DNA of 63,281 bases, the filler included, from Guillardia theta CCMP2712 (Eukaryota > Protista > Cryptophyta), in the NCBI RefSeq assembly GCF_000315625.1. It is 5 parts of 5 records of this genome, joined end to end, with 100 filler letters (N's around TTAATTAATTAA, not from the genome) between each part and the next. Parts side by side here need not be neighbours in the genome. Positions count along the whole stretch, not along the records: positions 22,505 to 46,791 come from NW_005434590.1; positions 46,892 to 57,247 come from NW_005434617.1; 3 more parts are not named here. One strand, written 5' to 3'. The notes under the pieces were generated by a model that was not told the origin of the DNA, made no database searches, and saw only the letters and a list, made by a program, of their open reading frames with translations. Below are positions 34,806 through 50,931 of this stretch, piece after piece (position 1 is the first letter of the stretch; each line of letters opens with the position of its first letter). The translations under genes and the position numbers were made by a program.

Positions 34806-37800
34806 ATGTCGGGCACGATGAGTTCTCCTAAGAATCCGATTACTATTGGATGCAAGGTGACTTTCTCTCCCGGCAGGCTGTCGCATGTTTGACGTCAAAC
34901 TTTCATTCTTCAGGTCACGGTCAAGGGGAAGTCCAAGGGCGTGGTGAGGTATATAGGTCCGACCAAGGTGTGATCCTACTCAGTGCTCTACATCGTATGT
35001 GAGTTGAACATGTTTTATGATAGTTTGGAGCTGGTATCTGGGTTGGAGTCGAATTAGACAAACCCAAAGGTCAACACGATGGTTTTTATGATGGCCAGAG
35101 ATACTTCACCTGCAAACCAATGCATGGAGTGTACGCCATTTCTGCTGATGTTCAGGTTAATGGATTGATAGACAAATCGTTGACACTGATATGCATTCGT
35201 CTAGCCATTGAAGCCGTGGCAATCCGCCGTCCGAGTTATACAAGGGCTTGTGCGCGGAAAAGCTGAGAAGCAAGTCACCGACCACAAGAAAACCTTCTTG
35301 GCATGGAATGCCTTGGAGCTGGACGAAGAAGCCCAGCATCATGAACAGGTGATGTTGTTCGGGTTGTATGGTTGTATTCGACTCAACTGGCTCTTGATAG
35401 TGCGCTACTCAAGAGCGCGTGGAAGCAATCTTGCGCGCTTCGCATCCTTCGATTGCCCAGCTGCCCAACGAAATTTCAGCGCTGACGCTGGCCAATGCCT
35501 GTGGAATGTCTCCAGACTTCATGCAGTGGGGATCGGATATTGAGGTATGGATTTAAATCGAAAGTCTTTCTGATGATTGAATGCCCCTTTCCAGGTGGAG
35601 GCTGATTACGAGGGTCCCCACATACAATTCCCCATCACTCCTCAAGGCGCTGCTACTCTTCTACATCACATTCGGTCGAACCCTGACTACCCGGTTCACA
35701 AGAAGTACGTGGCTCAATTATTGGGTCGCATATGCCAGCACTTGATGGATGACAAAGTTGGTGCTGTGAACCATATTGAGGTTCCACCGAAGGGGAAGTT
35801 GGTAGTGTTTGGCGACACGCATGGTCAGCTTGCTGACTTCCTCCTTGTGCTTCAACGTCATGGCCCTCCATCAGATAAAGTAGCATATTTACTCAATGGC
35901 GACATTGCTGACAGAGGAGATAATTCGCTTGAGATTTTTGTTGTCATTCTTGTTTACAAGCTGCTCTATCCTAACAGAGTTTTTATCAACAGAGGCAATC
36001 ATGAGAATCATGACATCAATAGGAAGCCCGCGGACTGTGGAGGTGGATTTTATGATGAAATCATGTACAAATTGGATGGCTCCATATTTCTGATGTTCCA
36101 GCAATTTTTCGAACTTCTTCCATTGACGACCATCATCAACAAGCAAGTCTGTGTGCTTCATGGAGGTATTCCACGAGTGGAGGGGCTTACCTTGAATCGT
36201 GTCAATTCGATCGTTCGAAGGCGACAGTGTCCAAAGATTGTTCAAACCATAGATGATGCCATCTTATTTGATTTGATGTGGGCAGATCCACAGGAGGCTA
36301 AGGGCATTGCCATGGCTGCTCAGAGGGGACCCAATTGTCGTAAGTTTGGGCCCGATATCACCAAACGATTTTTAGCGGACAATTCCTTATCTCTCTGCAT
36401 CCGATCCCATGAAGTTCCGATTAGTCTCAGAGGGTTTGAAGAAAGGCACGAGGGACGCTTGCTTACAGTGTTCAGCGCGAGTAATTATTGCGGACAAGCT
36501 GGAAATTATGGAGCGATTGTTGTATTTGATGATGAAATGAGCTATACGCTTGAGGAACATATGGCACCAGATCTTGACGCTATGATTCTCGAATATAACA
36601 AGACTGCAACTATACCGCCTATTGCGCCCAATCCTCTGATACAGCGTAAGAATTCAGAGAGAGACCGCCCACAATCGCTTGCGCAGAGTAGAGAGCTGAT
36701 GAATCATGAGGTGATCAGCAAGTTGGAAGTGAAGATATGCCAGTACAAGGATGAATTATGGTGGTACTGGAAGCGAATCGATGAGAACGGGACTGGTATG
36801 ATTCCAGCTGCAAAATGGCGAGAAGGAATGACCAATACATTGAAACTTGAAATTCCATGGTTTTCTCTACAAAATGAGCTTGCACGTCCGAACCAGAATG
36901 GCGAAGTGGATTATCGTGATTTCTTGAATAGGATCCGCAACAAAGCGATCATGACAGGCTTGAAGAAAGTTGATAACTCATGGGAGAAGCAGGTAAATGT
37001 GTTCCATGTTCAAAACTGAAACGTTTTGATGAGTTGTATCAGATCTTAGTCACGTTGTATGAATCCATTTTGATGGCTGACCTGACTCTGAAACAAACTT
37101 TGGCTGAGTTTGACCCGGATGGCGATGGAGTTGTCAGTCCATGGGAGTTCAAACAGGTGGATTCATAGACAGCGAGCAACTTTCCCTGACAAAGTGCAGG
37201 CACTGGAAAAGGCGAAAGTTGACATTCCCGACGGCCAGGTAAAGCTCTTTTCATATCGCGAATGGCTTGAAATGTTGTTTGTATTGCTACTGTGACTGCC
37301 CTTGTTGGCGCCTCTTGATTGTCGTTGTAGTTAACAGCGCTTATGCGCTTGATCGAAAAAGATGGCGGCAAGCTCGACGTGGGTACATTCCTTGATAGGT
37401 TCCAATTGGTGTATTCTCGTGCTGCGGATGAGGGACTGGAGAATACAAATGTTGGTAATGGTGAACGTGCGCGCGATCTTCTTACGAGAGTCGGACGGCA
37501 TCTTCTTCAGAATCGGTATCTTATCGTATTTGCTCATTCCCCGCGAGAGAAATGAACATTTGTTCCAGCGAGAAGAATCGTATGAGCATCTTTGAGGAAG
37601 CAGATATCGACGGAGATGGGTTCGTTCAGGAAGGCGAATTCTACAAGATGATAGACAAGTTGAATCTTGTGCCTCCTATATCGATGGAAGAGAAGAGAGA
37701 GATGTATCGGTATCGACTTTTTGATCGACTTCAACTCTCTTGGTTGAGTCTTTGACTTGTTTTAGGTATGTGGATGTCAACGGGGATGGTCATCTCAACT

Positions 37801-38601
37801 ACCTGGAGTTCTGTGCTGCCTTCAAGGCAAAGGTTTTTTGTTTCTTTCCTGTCAACTGATTGGGTAAATTCAACAGGTCGTCGGAATGGATAATGAGGAT
37901 GAAGCCATTTCAGCAATCGGTTTGCTTGCGGCTTGTGTGGTGTTGCGAGACTGAACCAATATTTTAGTTGAGACCATCGTCTCTGCACTTCAAAAGAACA
38001 TGCAGGTACGTTGATCAAGACCGATGGCCATAAGATGTTTGGCCTCTTTTCTGACAATGTTCCACAGTCTCTCGAGTTTGCGTTTCGATTCTTTGATCGG
38101 AAAGTGAGTTTCTCTTGCGAGAACGCACCGTTTCTAAGTTGACGTTCTGAAGGAACTCGGTCATATTCCTGTGGACGACTTCAAAGCAGGCATTCGAGCG
38201 TTGAATGCCTCCATCAAGGCCATGGCAAGCGCTTTCTTTCCTCATCCCCTCCTCTCTTGGCTCCTCTCTTCAGCTCGACTCGCATTGTCATTCTCTGCTT
38301 CTCCCTGCTCATTCGCCCGTCTCTTGCTTGTAACTGTCGTCGGCAGGGAAAGTCGGGACCCCTGACCGAAGATCAGATTGACGTGAGCCGCTGACTGGAA
38401 GCAAGAGGTGCACGTGTGTATGACACCATTGCAGGTTCTGGTCAAGTATGTCGACACAGATGGCGATGGGAAGGTAGACTATCAGGAATTCCTCTCGGCC
38501 TTCAAGCCAAAGTAATTCTCCTATGCTTAGTTTGCTCTGGTTCTTTCGTTCTTTGACTCTTTGGCATCAGGGACAATCGATTTGCCCCCATCACAAAGTG
38601 A
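34806..38601 (+). CDS. PPEF: PPP-family Ser/Thr phosphatase with EF-hands (PPEF/RdgC type) bearing an N-terminal CAP-Gly domain, multi-exon
   Basis: CAP-Gly: GVVRYIGPTK|FGAGIWVGVELDKPKGQHDGFYDGQRYFTC. IQ-like motif AVRVIQGLVRG. PPP motifs GDTHGQ, NGDIADRG, RGNHE, HGG, IRSHE and TVFSASNY. EF loops DPDGDGVVSPWE, DIDGDGFVQEGE, DVNGDGHLNYLE and DTDGDGKVDYQE. Confidence 0.92.
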
Positions 38602-38978
38602 CCAAAGTCATCATCATTGACTGATATGACTATTGTGACAACACTTTGGCTCTTCTTAAGTTTCCTTTCTGTTCGCTACTTGTTTGACTTGCCTTTGGGT
38701 CCAACATTTTTCCCCCTTTGTCGATGCACAAAATTGTTCCAACTTCACACAGTAAACACCCACACTTACATTCCGGGCCTGGTAGTGCCCATCGGCGGAG
38801 CCTGAGGCCACTGCCGGGCCGGGCCAGCCTTCAAGCGTCCCGCGGGGCCTTGCCGGGCTCAGCCCGGCCTCCTCACTGAGTCAGTAGTCCGATACATCAT
38901 CGGCGAGTCATCCGAGTCACCGTGATTCTCTAGTCACTCGGCGACTGTCTAGATTTGGCCCGTGAGGTCACGTTTACA

Positions 38979-39555
38979 CTCTCTGATCTAAGCTCCCTGA
39001 TCCGAGTAAACTCTCTGATGTAAACTCTCTGATCTAAGCTCTCTGATCTAAGCTCTCTGATCTAAGCTCTCTGATCTAAACTCTCTGATCTAAGCTCTCT
39101 GATCTAAGCTCTCTGATCTAAGCTCTCTGATCTAAGCTCTCTGATCTAAGCTCTCTGATCTAAGCTCTCTGATCTAAGCTCTCTGATCTAAGCTCTCTGA
39201 TCTAAGCTCTCTGATCTAAACTCTCTGATCTAAGCTCTCTGATCTAAGCTCTCTGATCTAAGCTCTCTGATCTAAGCTCTCTGATCTAAACTCTCTGGTC
39301 TAAACTCTCTGATCTAAGCTCTCTGATCTAAGCTCTCTGATCTAAGCTCTCTGATCTAAACTCTCTGATCTAAGCTCTCTGATCTAAGCTCTCTGATCTA
39401 AGCTCTCTGATCTAAACTCTCTGATCTAAGCTCTCTGATCTAAGCTCTCTGATCTAAACTCTCTGATCTAAACTCTCTGGTCTAAACTCTCTGATCTAAG
39501 CTCTCTGATCTAAGCTCTCTGATCTAAGCTCTCTGATCTAAACTCTCTGATCTAA
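38979..39555. repeat. 14-bp minisatellite (CTCTCTGATCTAAG/A), about 40 copies
   Basis: Directly visible, ending ~16 bp upstream of the next ATG. Confidence 0.97.
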
Positions 39556-39571
39556 ACGCTGTCTGGGAACA

Positions 39572-40938
39572 ATGGGAATGCTACGAGGAATGGTGGCGCT
39601 TCTCCTGGCGGCCTCGTCGAGCTGCTTCAGCCTCCTCCCTTCTCCTCCTTCTCTCACTCCTCCCTCCTCCTTCTCCTCCTCTTCCTCTCTTGCTTCCTCC
39701 ACCTCCCCAGCATTGTTCACACCAACTTCATTCCTGCAACACCGCAGGAGGAGCATGCAAGCGCACAGGCTCTCTCTCTCATCGTCCACCGACATCTCAG
39801 CAGGTTTCTTGTCTCCCAACTTCTCGTATTCACTTCCTGCAAGCCTTGCAGCGCAAAGTCATCGACAACTTTCTCGGCCTGTCAAGTGAGGTTTACTTAT
39901 CTTTGCGTGTTGGCTCAGCCGGTCGCAGCGCAAGGCGACGGAGCTCGAGACATCGACTCGCTCATCGGTCTGTGCTCTCCCCACATCGTCGCCCCTGCTC
40001 AAGCTCTTGACAGCTCAGCTGGTTCGGTCTGGGTCCTCGTGGGATGCTGAGCTGCTCTCAAGCGGCCCATGGCTGGTGCTGCTGCCGCTTTCCTGTCTTG
40101 GCCCCCTCTCCTCACTCTCGCTCAGGCTCTCTACACACAGGGGAAGCCTCCTCGCTGGCAGGTCTCCACCTCTCCTTGCCCTGCTCCTTTCCAGGCCTGA
40201 CCTTCCGCCTCCTGCAGCGCCAGGCCCAGTGGCTGCCGTGGGCGAGGAACGTGGCCTCGCAAGACTACGACGTGGGAGGGGGGCGAGTGAGGAACAGAGG
40301 AGAGATCTGGGGGTCGCGAGTGTTCGTGACAGTGGAAGGAGAGCTGGTGAAGGCAGAGGGAGAGGCTTCATGCATATGTGACCCTCCTCTACAGCAAGAG
40401 CTTCAGCCTGAGAGAACCTTCACCCCCAAGATGTTCCAAGCTGGCATCCAGTCCGGCACCCTGCACGGTGAATCCTCCGTCCTCCCCCAGCCCCTCCCCA
40501 GCCCTCCCTCAGGCATCCCTTCCGCGTCTTGATGTTTCTCACCCTCTCCCTCCCCTCTCACCTGACGCATCACCACAGTCTTGGGCCTAGAGATTCCTCT
40601 CCCGATCAGAGGTCGAGGCTTCGCTAAGCTTCTGGTTTGCTCCTTCCTCATCCTCTCTCTCCCTCCTCTTGTCACATGCTTGCAGTACCTCGATCGGAAT
40701 GTTCGTATCTTCCAGAGCCCCAAGGAGTCAGGTACTTCACCTCACCCGTCGCAGGGCTTCTCCTCTCCTCTCCTCTCCTCTCCTTGCTCCTCCGCTTGCG
40801 TGCCTGTGGGGCCCCCTCTTCTCTCTGCCTCGTCCCGGGCGGGTGTGTCGGGCTTGTGACAGGACGGCAGAGTCGGAGTGGGAGGAGGAAGGGCTGGTAG
40901 TGGTGCAGGTTCCAGCCTCTGCCTTCTCCTTCACTTGA
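39572..40938 (+). CDS. Plastid-targeted PAP/fibrillin-like protein, multi-exon
   Basis: Signal peptide MLRGMVALLLAASSSC-F followed by a Ser/Pro-rich transit region. Exons ASQDYDVGGGRVRNRGEIWG, LGLEIPLPIRGRGF, YLDRNVRIFQSPK and WEEEGLVVVQVP resemble the fibrillin C-terminus. Confidence 0.65.
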
Positions 40939-42448
40939 AGTGACCGGGGGGGAAGAAGCTGATGCTTGAGTCTCTCGTGCGGAACTGGAGGAGCTTGGAA
41001 GCCTCCTGTCTCCTCCTCCTCATCTTGGGGTTCTGTCGAGACGTCAGAGCATGTCGAGCTGTCATGAATGAATCTTTTCCTGCAAGCGCACGAGCAGCTG
41101 ACCGTGGACTGATAGCAGCGAGTGAGAAGAACAGGGGGAGGGAGGAGGAAGAGGAAGAGGAGGAGAGGAGGAGGAGGAAGAGAAGGAGGAAGAAGAGGGG
41201 AGAAGGAGGAGGAGGAACAAAGAGGAGGAGGAGGAGCAAAAGGAGGAGGGGAGGAGAAGGAGGAGATGGTGTTGGTGGTGGTGGAAGAGAAGCAGGACGA
41301 GTCACCAGCTGTGGAGTGTCCCGAGAGGAGGGGAGAGACCTCGAGGACGAGGTCTGCGAGACCTTCACCTGCACGCACATGCTGAGCTCTTGCAAGACCG
41401 ACGGGCCTGACCTCGTCGAATCGAGAGGTCGGGGGAGGGAAGAGGCGAAGGAGGCGCCTGAAGGAGGGTGAGCGATGCGAGAGAAGGAGGAGGAGCGAAC
41501 TTGCGCCAGGACTACGACGGAGAGGGAGCGAGAGGCATCGGAACAGAGGACGTTGAGGTAGTGGAGGAGGTCGAGGACTGCAAGGCTGTCAGCGTCTCCT
41601 CGCCTCCCTGCTGCTCTGCCTGTCGACTGGTCGTGACGAGAAACGTCGAGGAAGTTGTGCAGACTGTCGAGCAGGAGGCAGCAAGGTTTCTCTCTGCGCG
41701 CAAAGTCGTCGAGGATGGGTATGACCGTGTCCAGCAGGCGACGAGCGGAGAGTGAGAGATCCTCTTGCAAGTCGATGCTGAAGCTGAGGCCCTTGGACCC
41801 CCCCGCCTACCAACGAGTAGCAAGTAAGATGGGCAACAACCAGAAGAGGATAAGAGGGCAGGAAGCAGCAGGAGTAGGAGCAGGAGAGGGGTAGCGCATC
41901 CCTCACTTCACCTGCTCTTCTTGCTCATCGTTGGTGCAGCTGCCGTAGGGTCTCGTGAAACCATCCACGAACACAAAGTCTCCTGCTTTCTGCTGCGAGC
42001 TCAAGTTCGTCCCCATCCTCCGACAGACAGACGAGTAATGCTCCATCCCCTGCTCAAAGCCGACGAGACAGACCCCTGCTCCTCCTCCATCAGCTCCTCC
42101 TCCACCAGCTCCTCCTCCATCCGCTCCTCTCTTCTCCTACCGCATCCGAGGCGCGAGTAGTAGCTGACAAAGTGATGCAGCAACAGCGCGGCTTCTCCGG
42201 TTGGCGCTGCGTCCTGTCGAAGGCAGGACGTGAGTCAGGTTAGTAGACAGCCAACGAAGAGAGCGAGAAGTGCAGGGTAGGAAGGGGAGGGGAGGAGGGG
42301 AGGGGAGGAGAGAGGAGGGGAGGAAGGGGAGGGGAGGGCAAGAGAGAAAGGAGGGAGGAGTGTGGGAGTAGACCTTGATCAAGATGAAAGAATTCTGTGG
42401 GGGTTCATCTCGAGGGAACTCGAGGAAGGCGTTGAGATCTTCGAACAT
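40931..42448 (-). CDS. ELP6: Elongator complex subunit 6, multi-exon
   Basis: MFEDLNAFLEF...FILIK|DAAPTGEAALLLHHFVSYYSR, VCLVGFEQGMEHYSSVCRRMGTNL...FVFVDG, CCLLLDSL, LADLVLEVSPLLSGHS...VHGQL and LQFRTRDSSISFFPPG follow the ELP6 motif order. Confidence 0.85.
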
Positions 42449-43373
42449 GTTCCAACCTTTACAGCTGCAGCATAAGACAAGCCTGAGATCAACACTCGTC
42501 AACTATACTAGACCTCCTCCTCCTCCTCCTCCTCCTCCTCCTGCTCTTCCTTCTCATATCCTTCCCATTCCTCTTCTCCTTCTCCTGCTCATCGTCCTCG
42601 TCCTCGTCCTCCTCTCATCCCCTGTCTTCCTGTCCAGTGTCTCCCCCTATCACCACACTCAGCTCTGCTCTGTCCTGCTCTGCTCACTCGCGTTCCTCCA
42701 TACTACTGGAGTCGCTTTTTTGTCTGCATCATATTACTGGTGGGGGTGGGGTGTATCTGGGCACGAAGGGGGTGGGGGTTGAAAAGAACGGGGTTCTGTG
42801 CACATGAGGGTGGGTACTTTTGGGTGCGGGTTTATTTACTATGGAGGGGTAGGGTCAAATTTACCTATAGAGGATTACTTAGGTACCGGTCATTGGAAAG
42901 AACTGGGATTAGAGGGGTAGTCATATGCAGTTGAATGGGTGGGGTCGACCAAGTGGTGAGCACAATGATTCCATTTTGCGGCCTCCTATGATGGATCGGG
43001 CAGGAGGAGGAGGAGTGCCTTGGAGGAGGAGGTGGTGGTGGTGGTGGAGGAGGAGCATCTGGAGGCAGAACAGGATCAGGACCAGGATCTCAGGATCTCA
43101 AGAGGAGGAGGAGGAGGAGGAGGAGGAGGTGTGGTGGAGGAGGAGCAGGAGGAGGAGCAGGACAGGGGGCACGTTCAATAGCAGGATCAAGAGCAAGGGC
43201 AAGGGCAAGAGGAGAAGGAGCAAGAGGAGGAGGAGGAGGAGGAGGAGCAAGATGAGGAGGAGCAAGAGGAGGAGTAAGCGTAGTACATGCACAACATTAG
43301 TCTCTATGTTGATTCGGCTCCACCTGATCGTCTCGTCAGGCGCTGACAGCAGGTCGTCGACTTGTCTTGCAAA

Positions 43374-46461
<3,088 letters not shown>

Positions 46462-46466
46462 GTAAG

Positions 46467-46505
<39 letters not shown>

Positions 46506-47107
46506 CCAACAACAACACCAACACCAACACCAACACCAACACCAACACCAACGCGACAACAAGTACCAACAACAAACACTAGCTCCAACAACAACCTGTA
46601 TCTTCAACATCTACTACATCAACACCTATCGAAGCCAACTTCAGCAACAACATCAAGCTTAACTAATCAATCTCAACCGAACTAGCTATCTGCTCAACGG
46701 ACATTTTTAAGCAATCCGCTAACGAAAAAACAAAGTCCTAGGTGTTTGGTGCTCTGGCACTTTTATTTGAATTATCTATTGGCCCACCATTNNNNNNNNN
46801 NNNNNNNNNNNNNNNNNNNNNNNNNNNNNNNNNNNTTAATTAATTAANNNNNNNNNNNNNNNNNNNNNNNNNNNNNNNNNNNNNNNNNNNNATAGGCCGG
46901 AGAACAAGAGAGGAGAGGAGAGGAGAGGAGAGGAGAGGAGAGGAGAGGAGAGGAGAGGAGAGGAGAGGAGAGGAGAGGAGAGGAGGATGGAGGATTGAGG
47001 ATGGTTGTGAAATTCTTGACTGCCATCTTCATGTTTCTCCCTCTGTTGTTGTGGGTGTGAAGACTGATAGTTGCCCTCAGATGCAAGTGAAATGAGGTAG
47101 AGTGAGT

Positions 47108-47182
47108 ATGTTTGGCGACGCCAAGACTTTTGTGTTCCAAGATCTTTCCTCCTGGACAGATGACGAAGGGAAGCGGATAGAT

Positions 47183-47245
<63 letters not shown>

Positions 47246-47396
47246 AAGCAGAAGCAGGAGCAGGAGCAGGGCAGCGGGGTGGCAAGCGCAGGGCAAGGAC
47301 ATGGTAGAGTGGCTCCAAGAGAGATCAGGGTGAGGGCACACATCGGCGATGCGATCGAAGACTTCTACGAGACTGGGCAGGTGAGCTTGTCACAGG

Positions 47397-47444
<48 letters not shown>

Positions 47445-48037
47445 AGTGACGATGTGGAGCAGGTGGTCTGGCCCGCAGCACCTCTTCTCTGCCACTTCCT
47501 GCTCTCGGACAAGGGCAGGAAGCTTCTGCAGGACAAGGATGTGAGAGAGGAGGAGGAGGAGGAGGAGGAGAGCTGCTGAGCAGGTCAGACAGGTCGTTGA
47601 GCTAGGAGCAGGGATCGGTATCCCTGGCCTCCTTGCCGCTCGAAGCTGCAGATCGCTGGTGCTAACGGACCATAACCCCAAGGTGCTGAAGGGATGAGGG
47701 ATAGGGGTGGGACAGTGAGAGGAGGGGAGAGACGGGCGAGAGAAGGATGGTGAAGGGGAGGGGAGGGGAGGAGCGATTATGGAGAAGACGGGGAGGAAAG
47801 GGGAGGAGGAGGGGGGAGGAGGGAGAGAGGGAAGGACGATGATGATGGTGCTGGAAAGGTGCTGGACAGGTTGAAGGCAAACGTCGAGCTGAACAAGAAC
47901 GAGCTGATACCCGACAAGTGTCAAGTACGTGGATCGAGAGAGGGAGGGTACGGGAACGTGATTGTCAGCCAGGTCTCGGTCCAGATGCTTGATTGGATGA
48001 AGTTGCCCGCTGCAAAGGAGGAGGAGCAGGGAGGGGT

Positions 48038-48076
<39 letters not shown>

Positions 48077-50784
48077 TCAAGAAAAGGAGAGGTGAATAGT
48101 CTTGTCTCTTGTACCAGCAGCAGCGATCGGACTTGAATGTTTTCAGACTGCAGCTGATGGGACTGCAAGACAAGTTCGAGCTTGTCCTCGGAGCTGACGT
48201 CGTCTACTCTGCCGAGACCATCCCCTTCCTCCTGGACGCCGCCCTCTTTGTGATGAAACAGACAGAGCAAGCCTGCTTCCTCCTCGCCTACGTGTCGCGT
48301 TGGCCGATGCTTGACCAGGTGAGGGGGGGTGCTATTTGGAGGAGGAGGGGGAGGAGGATCAGGAGGAGTATGAGAGGTAGTGGTGGTGAGACAAAAATCA
48401 GGGAGTAGAGGGAGAGAGTACTTAGAAGGGAGGAGAGCAGGAGCAGGAGCAGCAAGACCAGGAAGGAAAGGAGTGAAAGGGAGAAGTGCGGGGGGGGGGC
48501 GGGGGAAGGAGGAAGTGAGGGGGAGGAAGGAGGGGGGGGGAAGGGAAGGTGGAAGAGGAAGTGAGGTGGGGGGGGGGTTGAGTTGAGCTTGCAGCTCTTG
48601 ATGGACGAGGCGGCGAGTAGAGGGCTGGAGGTCATGGAGTTGGATCTTTCTTTTCTCCCTAGGCATCTGCGATGCGACAGAGGGGAGGAGAGAGACGGTT
48701 CTGTCGCCGACGACCTTCGCGTCCCCCCCGCTGCCTTCCTGTATGCCTGCTACCGCCCTGAGCTCATATTGAGCAGCCTCCTCCAGCTGCTCAAGGCGAA
48801 GGTGACCGACCGTACCCTCTCATGCCCTTCCGCGCTGTCTCGAATGTCGTCCTTGCTCCTCCTTCCCTTCCCTTCCCTTCCCTTCCCTTACCTTACCTTA
48901 CCTTCCCTTACCTTACCTTACCTTTCCTTTCCTTCCCTTTTCATACCTTAGCCTAGCTTAGTTTTGNNNNNNNNNNNNNNNNNNNNNNNNNNNNNNNNNN
49001 NNNNNNNNNNNNNNNNNNNNNNNNNNNNNNNNNNNNNNNNNNNNNNNNNNNNNNNNNNNNNNNNNNCCCTTCCCTCCCTTCCCTTCTCCTTCTCCTTCTC
49101 TCCGCTTCTCTTCCTACTCTCCGTTTCCAGCTCCATCCCCAGTATCTCATCGAACCCACGAGCTCTGGCAGGTTAGCGACGAGGAGCAGGAGGAGCCAGA
49201 GGAGTCCAGCTGTCTAGTCCTTGGGAGGTCCCAGCTGGACGCGAGCTTGAGGGAGAGGAAGAGGCCAGTGGTCAAGCTCGACCTGCAGCTGAAGGGAGCG
49301 GCAGACATGACAGAGGAGCAGGAGGTCGCGCTCGTGGAGCTGATAGCGAGGCAGAGGAGCTTCCTGCAGGAGTTGAGGGTCTCGTCGTACCGTCCGAGAG
49401 CAGGAGGAGACTTCCTCCTGGCCGTTGCCAGGCAGCGTGTGGAACTTCCCCAGCTGCAGATCCTGTCAATGCAAGGGTGCAGCTGGGTGAGGAGAGCGGG
49501 AGAGGAAGAGACGGTCTGCTCGCTGTTTCGCAGCATGCGAGCTCTCGAGTCTCTCGACCTGTCCGGCTGTGAGCTGGGGAAGGAGGGGGCAGGATGGTTG
49601 GCCCTTCTCCTCCCCCAGCTCCCGCAACTGCGCTGCCTCCTCCTCCGCAGCAATCGCCTTGAGCGGGAGGGAGTGGAGGACCTGTGCCCTTGTTTCTCCT
49701 CCTTAGAGTCACTCGACCTCAGCGACAACCTGCTTCACGCTGAGAGCATGCCGTTGGTGACCCTCGACCTCCCCAGCTCCCTCCACTCCCTCCTCCTCAG
49801 CGGCAACCAGCTGTGGGAGGGAGGGGCGGAAGTGATCGCGGATGCCATGAGGAGCTGGAGGAGCCTGAGGGTGCTGGAGCTGAGCGGATGCTGGCTGGGG
49901 GACGCGGGAGCGGTGGAGATCAGCATCGGCATGACCGCGTGCTCCCAGCTGAAGAAGCTCGTGCTCTCCAGCAACAGCATCACTGACGAGGGAGCTCGAG
50001 CGATAGCAGAGGGGGTGGAGGAGATGACGGCGACGGTGAGCGCAAGCTCAAGCGGCTTCGTCCCTCCTATCCTGATGTTCCTGCGCTGCCGATCCTCTTC
50101 CATCTTTATCAGCACTGCTCTATCCTCCTCCTTGATCCGTTTCTTGGACCTCCCTTCTTCCTCCTCCTCCTGTATCCTCCTCGTCTACCTTCCCCTGCTA
50201 CCCCTTCCCTCTACCCTTCTCTGCCCCCTTCCTCTACCCCCTTTTACTACCCTCCTCCTCTATCCTCCTCCTCTACTTTTCTCCTCTACCCTCCTCCTCT
50301 GACCTCCTCCTCTACTTTTCTCCTCTACCCTCCTCCTCTATCCTCCTCCTCAACTCTCGTTCTCTCACGGACACGGCAGGAGTTGGAGCTCAACATGAGT
50401 CGCAACGGCCTCACAAGCGCGGGCTGTGTAGCGCTCATCGAGCTCCTGCTGAGGTAGACAGGCAGTTGCGCGTGGTTGACTGACATGGAGAGGAAGGTGC
50501 GAGGGTCTGGTATCGCTGGACGTAGGAGACAATCTTGTGGAGGATGAGGTAGAGAAGGGATAGTGGAACGACCGTGGGTCTCACCTTCAACGCAGGAAGA
50601 CGGGACGATGTTGGGGGAGGCGTTGGTGGCCGTGGGGAGGGAACAAGGGAGGAGTGCGACGAGGAGCGATGGGGAGAGGCGGGAAAAGACCTTGAGGATG
50701 ATGAAGATGAAGATTGCAAGAACAAAAGCGCTAGAAACAACTTTGTATGATTGCAAAATAAAGCTTCTCACTTCCTGTTCTTAG
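47108..50784 (+). CDS. Seven-beta-strand protein methyltransferase (METTL21/Methyltransf_16 type) apparently fused to RNI-like leucine-rich repeats
   Basis: The methyltransferase reads ETGQ|VVWPAAPLLCHFL, VVELGAGIGIPGLLAA, LVLTDHN, MLDW and FELVLGADVVY. A phase-0 donor after LLKAK (48801) joins a phase-0 acceptor at 49172 into LRRs (LESLDLSGCELGKEGA, LDLSDNLL, LVLSSNSITDEGA). Confidence 0.75.
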
Positions 50785-50931
50785 TCTCTCCCTCTCAATT
50801 AGATCCGCTGTCATGCGCTCATGGGAAAACAGCTCAACATCCTATAAAATGTATCTACTCTCCCCGATGAAAGGTCTGCTCACTCATTCTCAATCTGCTA
50901 CATTCTTCTTCACTATCTTCACATCCCCTCC

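Noticed and set aside
38979-39555. Interstitial telomere repeat
   Set aside because: The unit lacks the G-run strand typical of telomeric repeats, so it is treated as a minisatellite.
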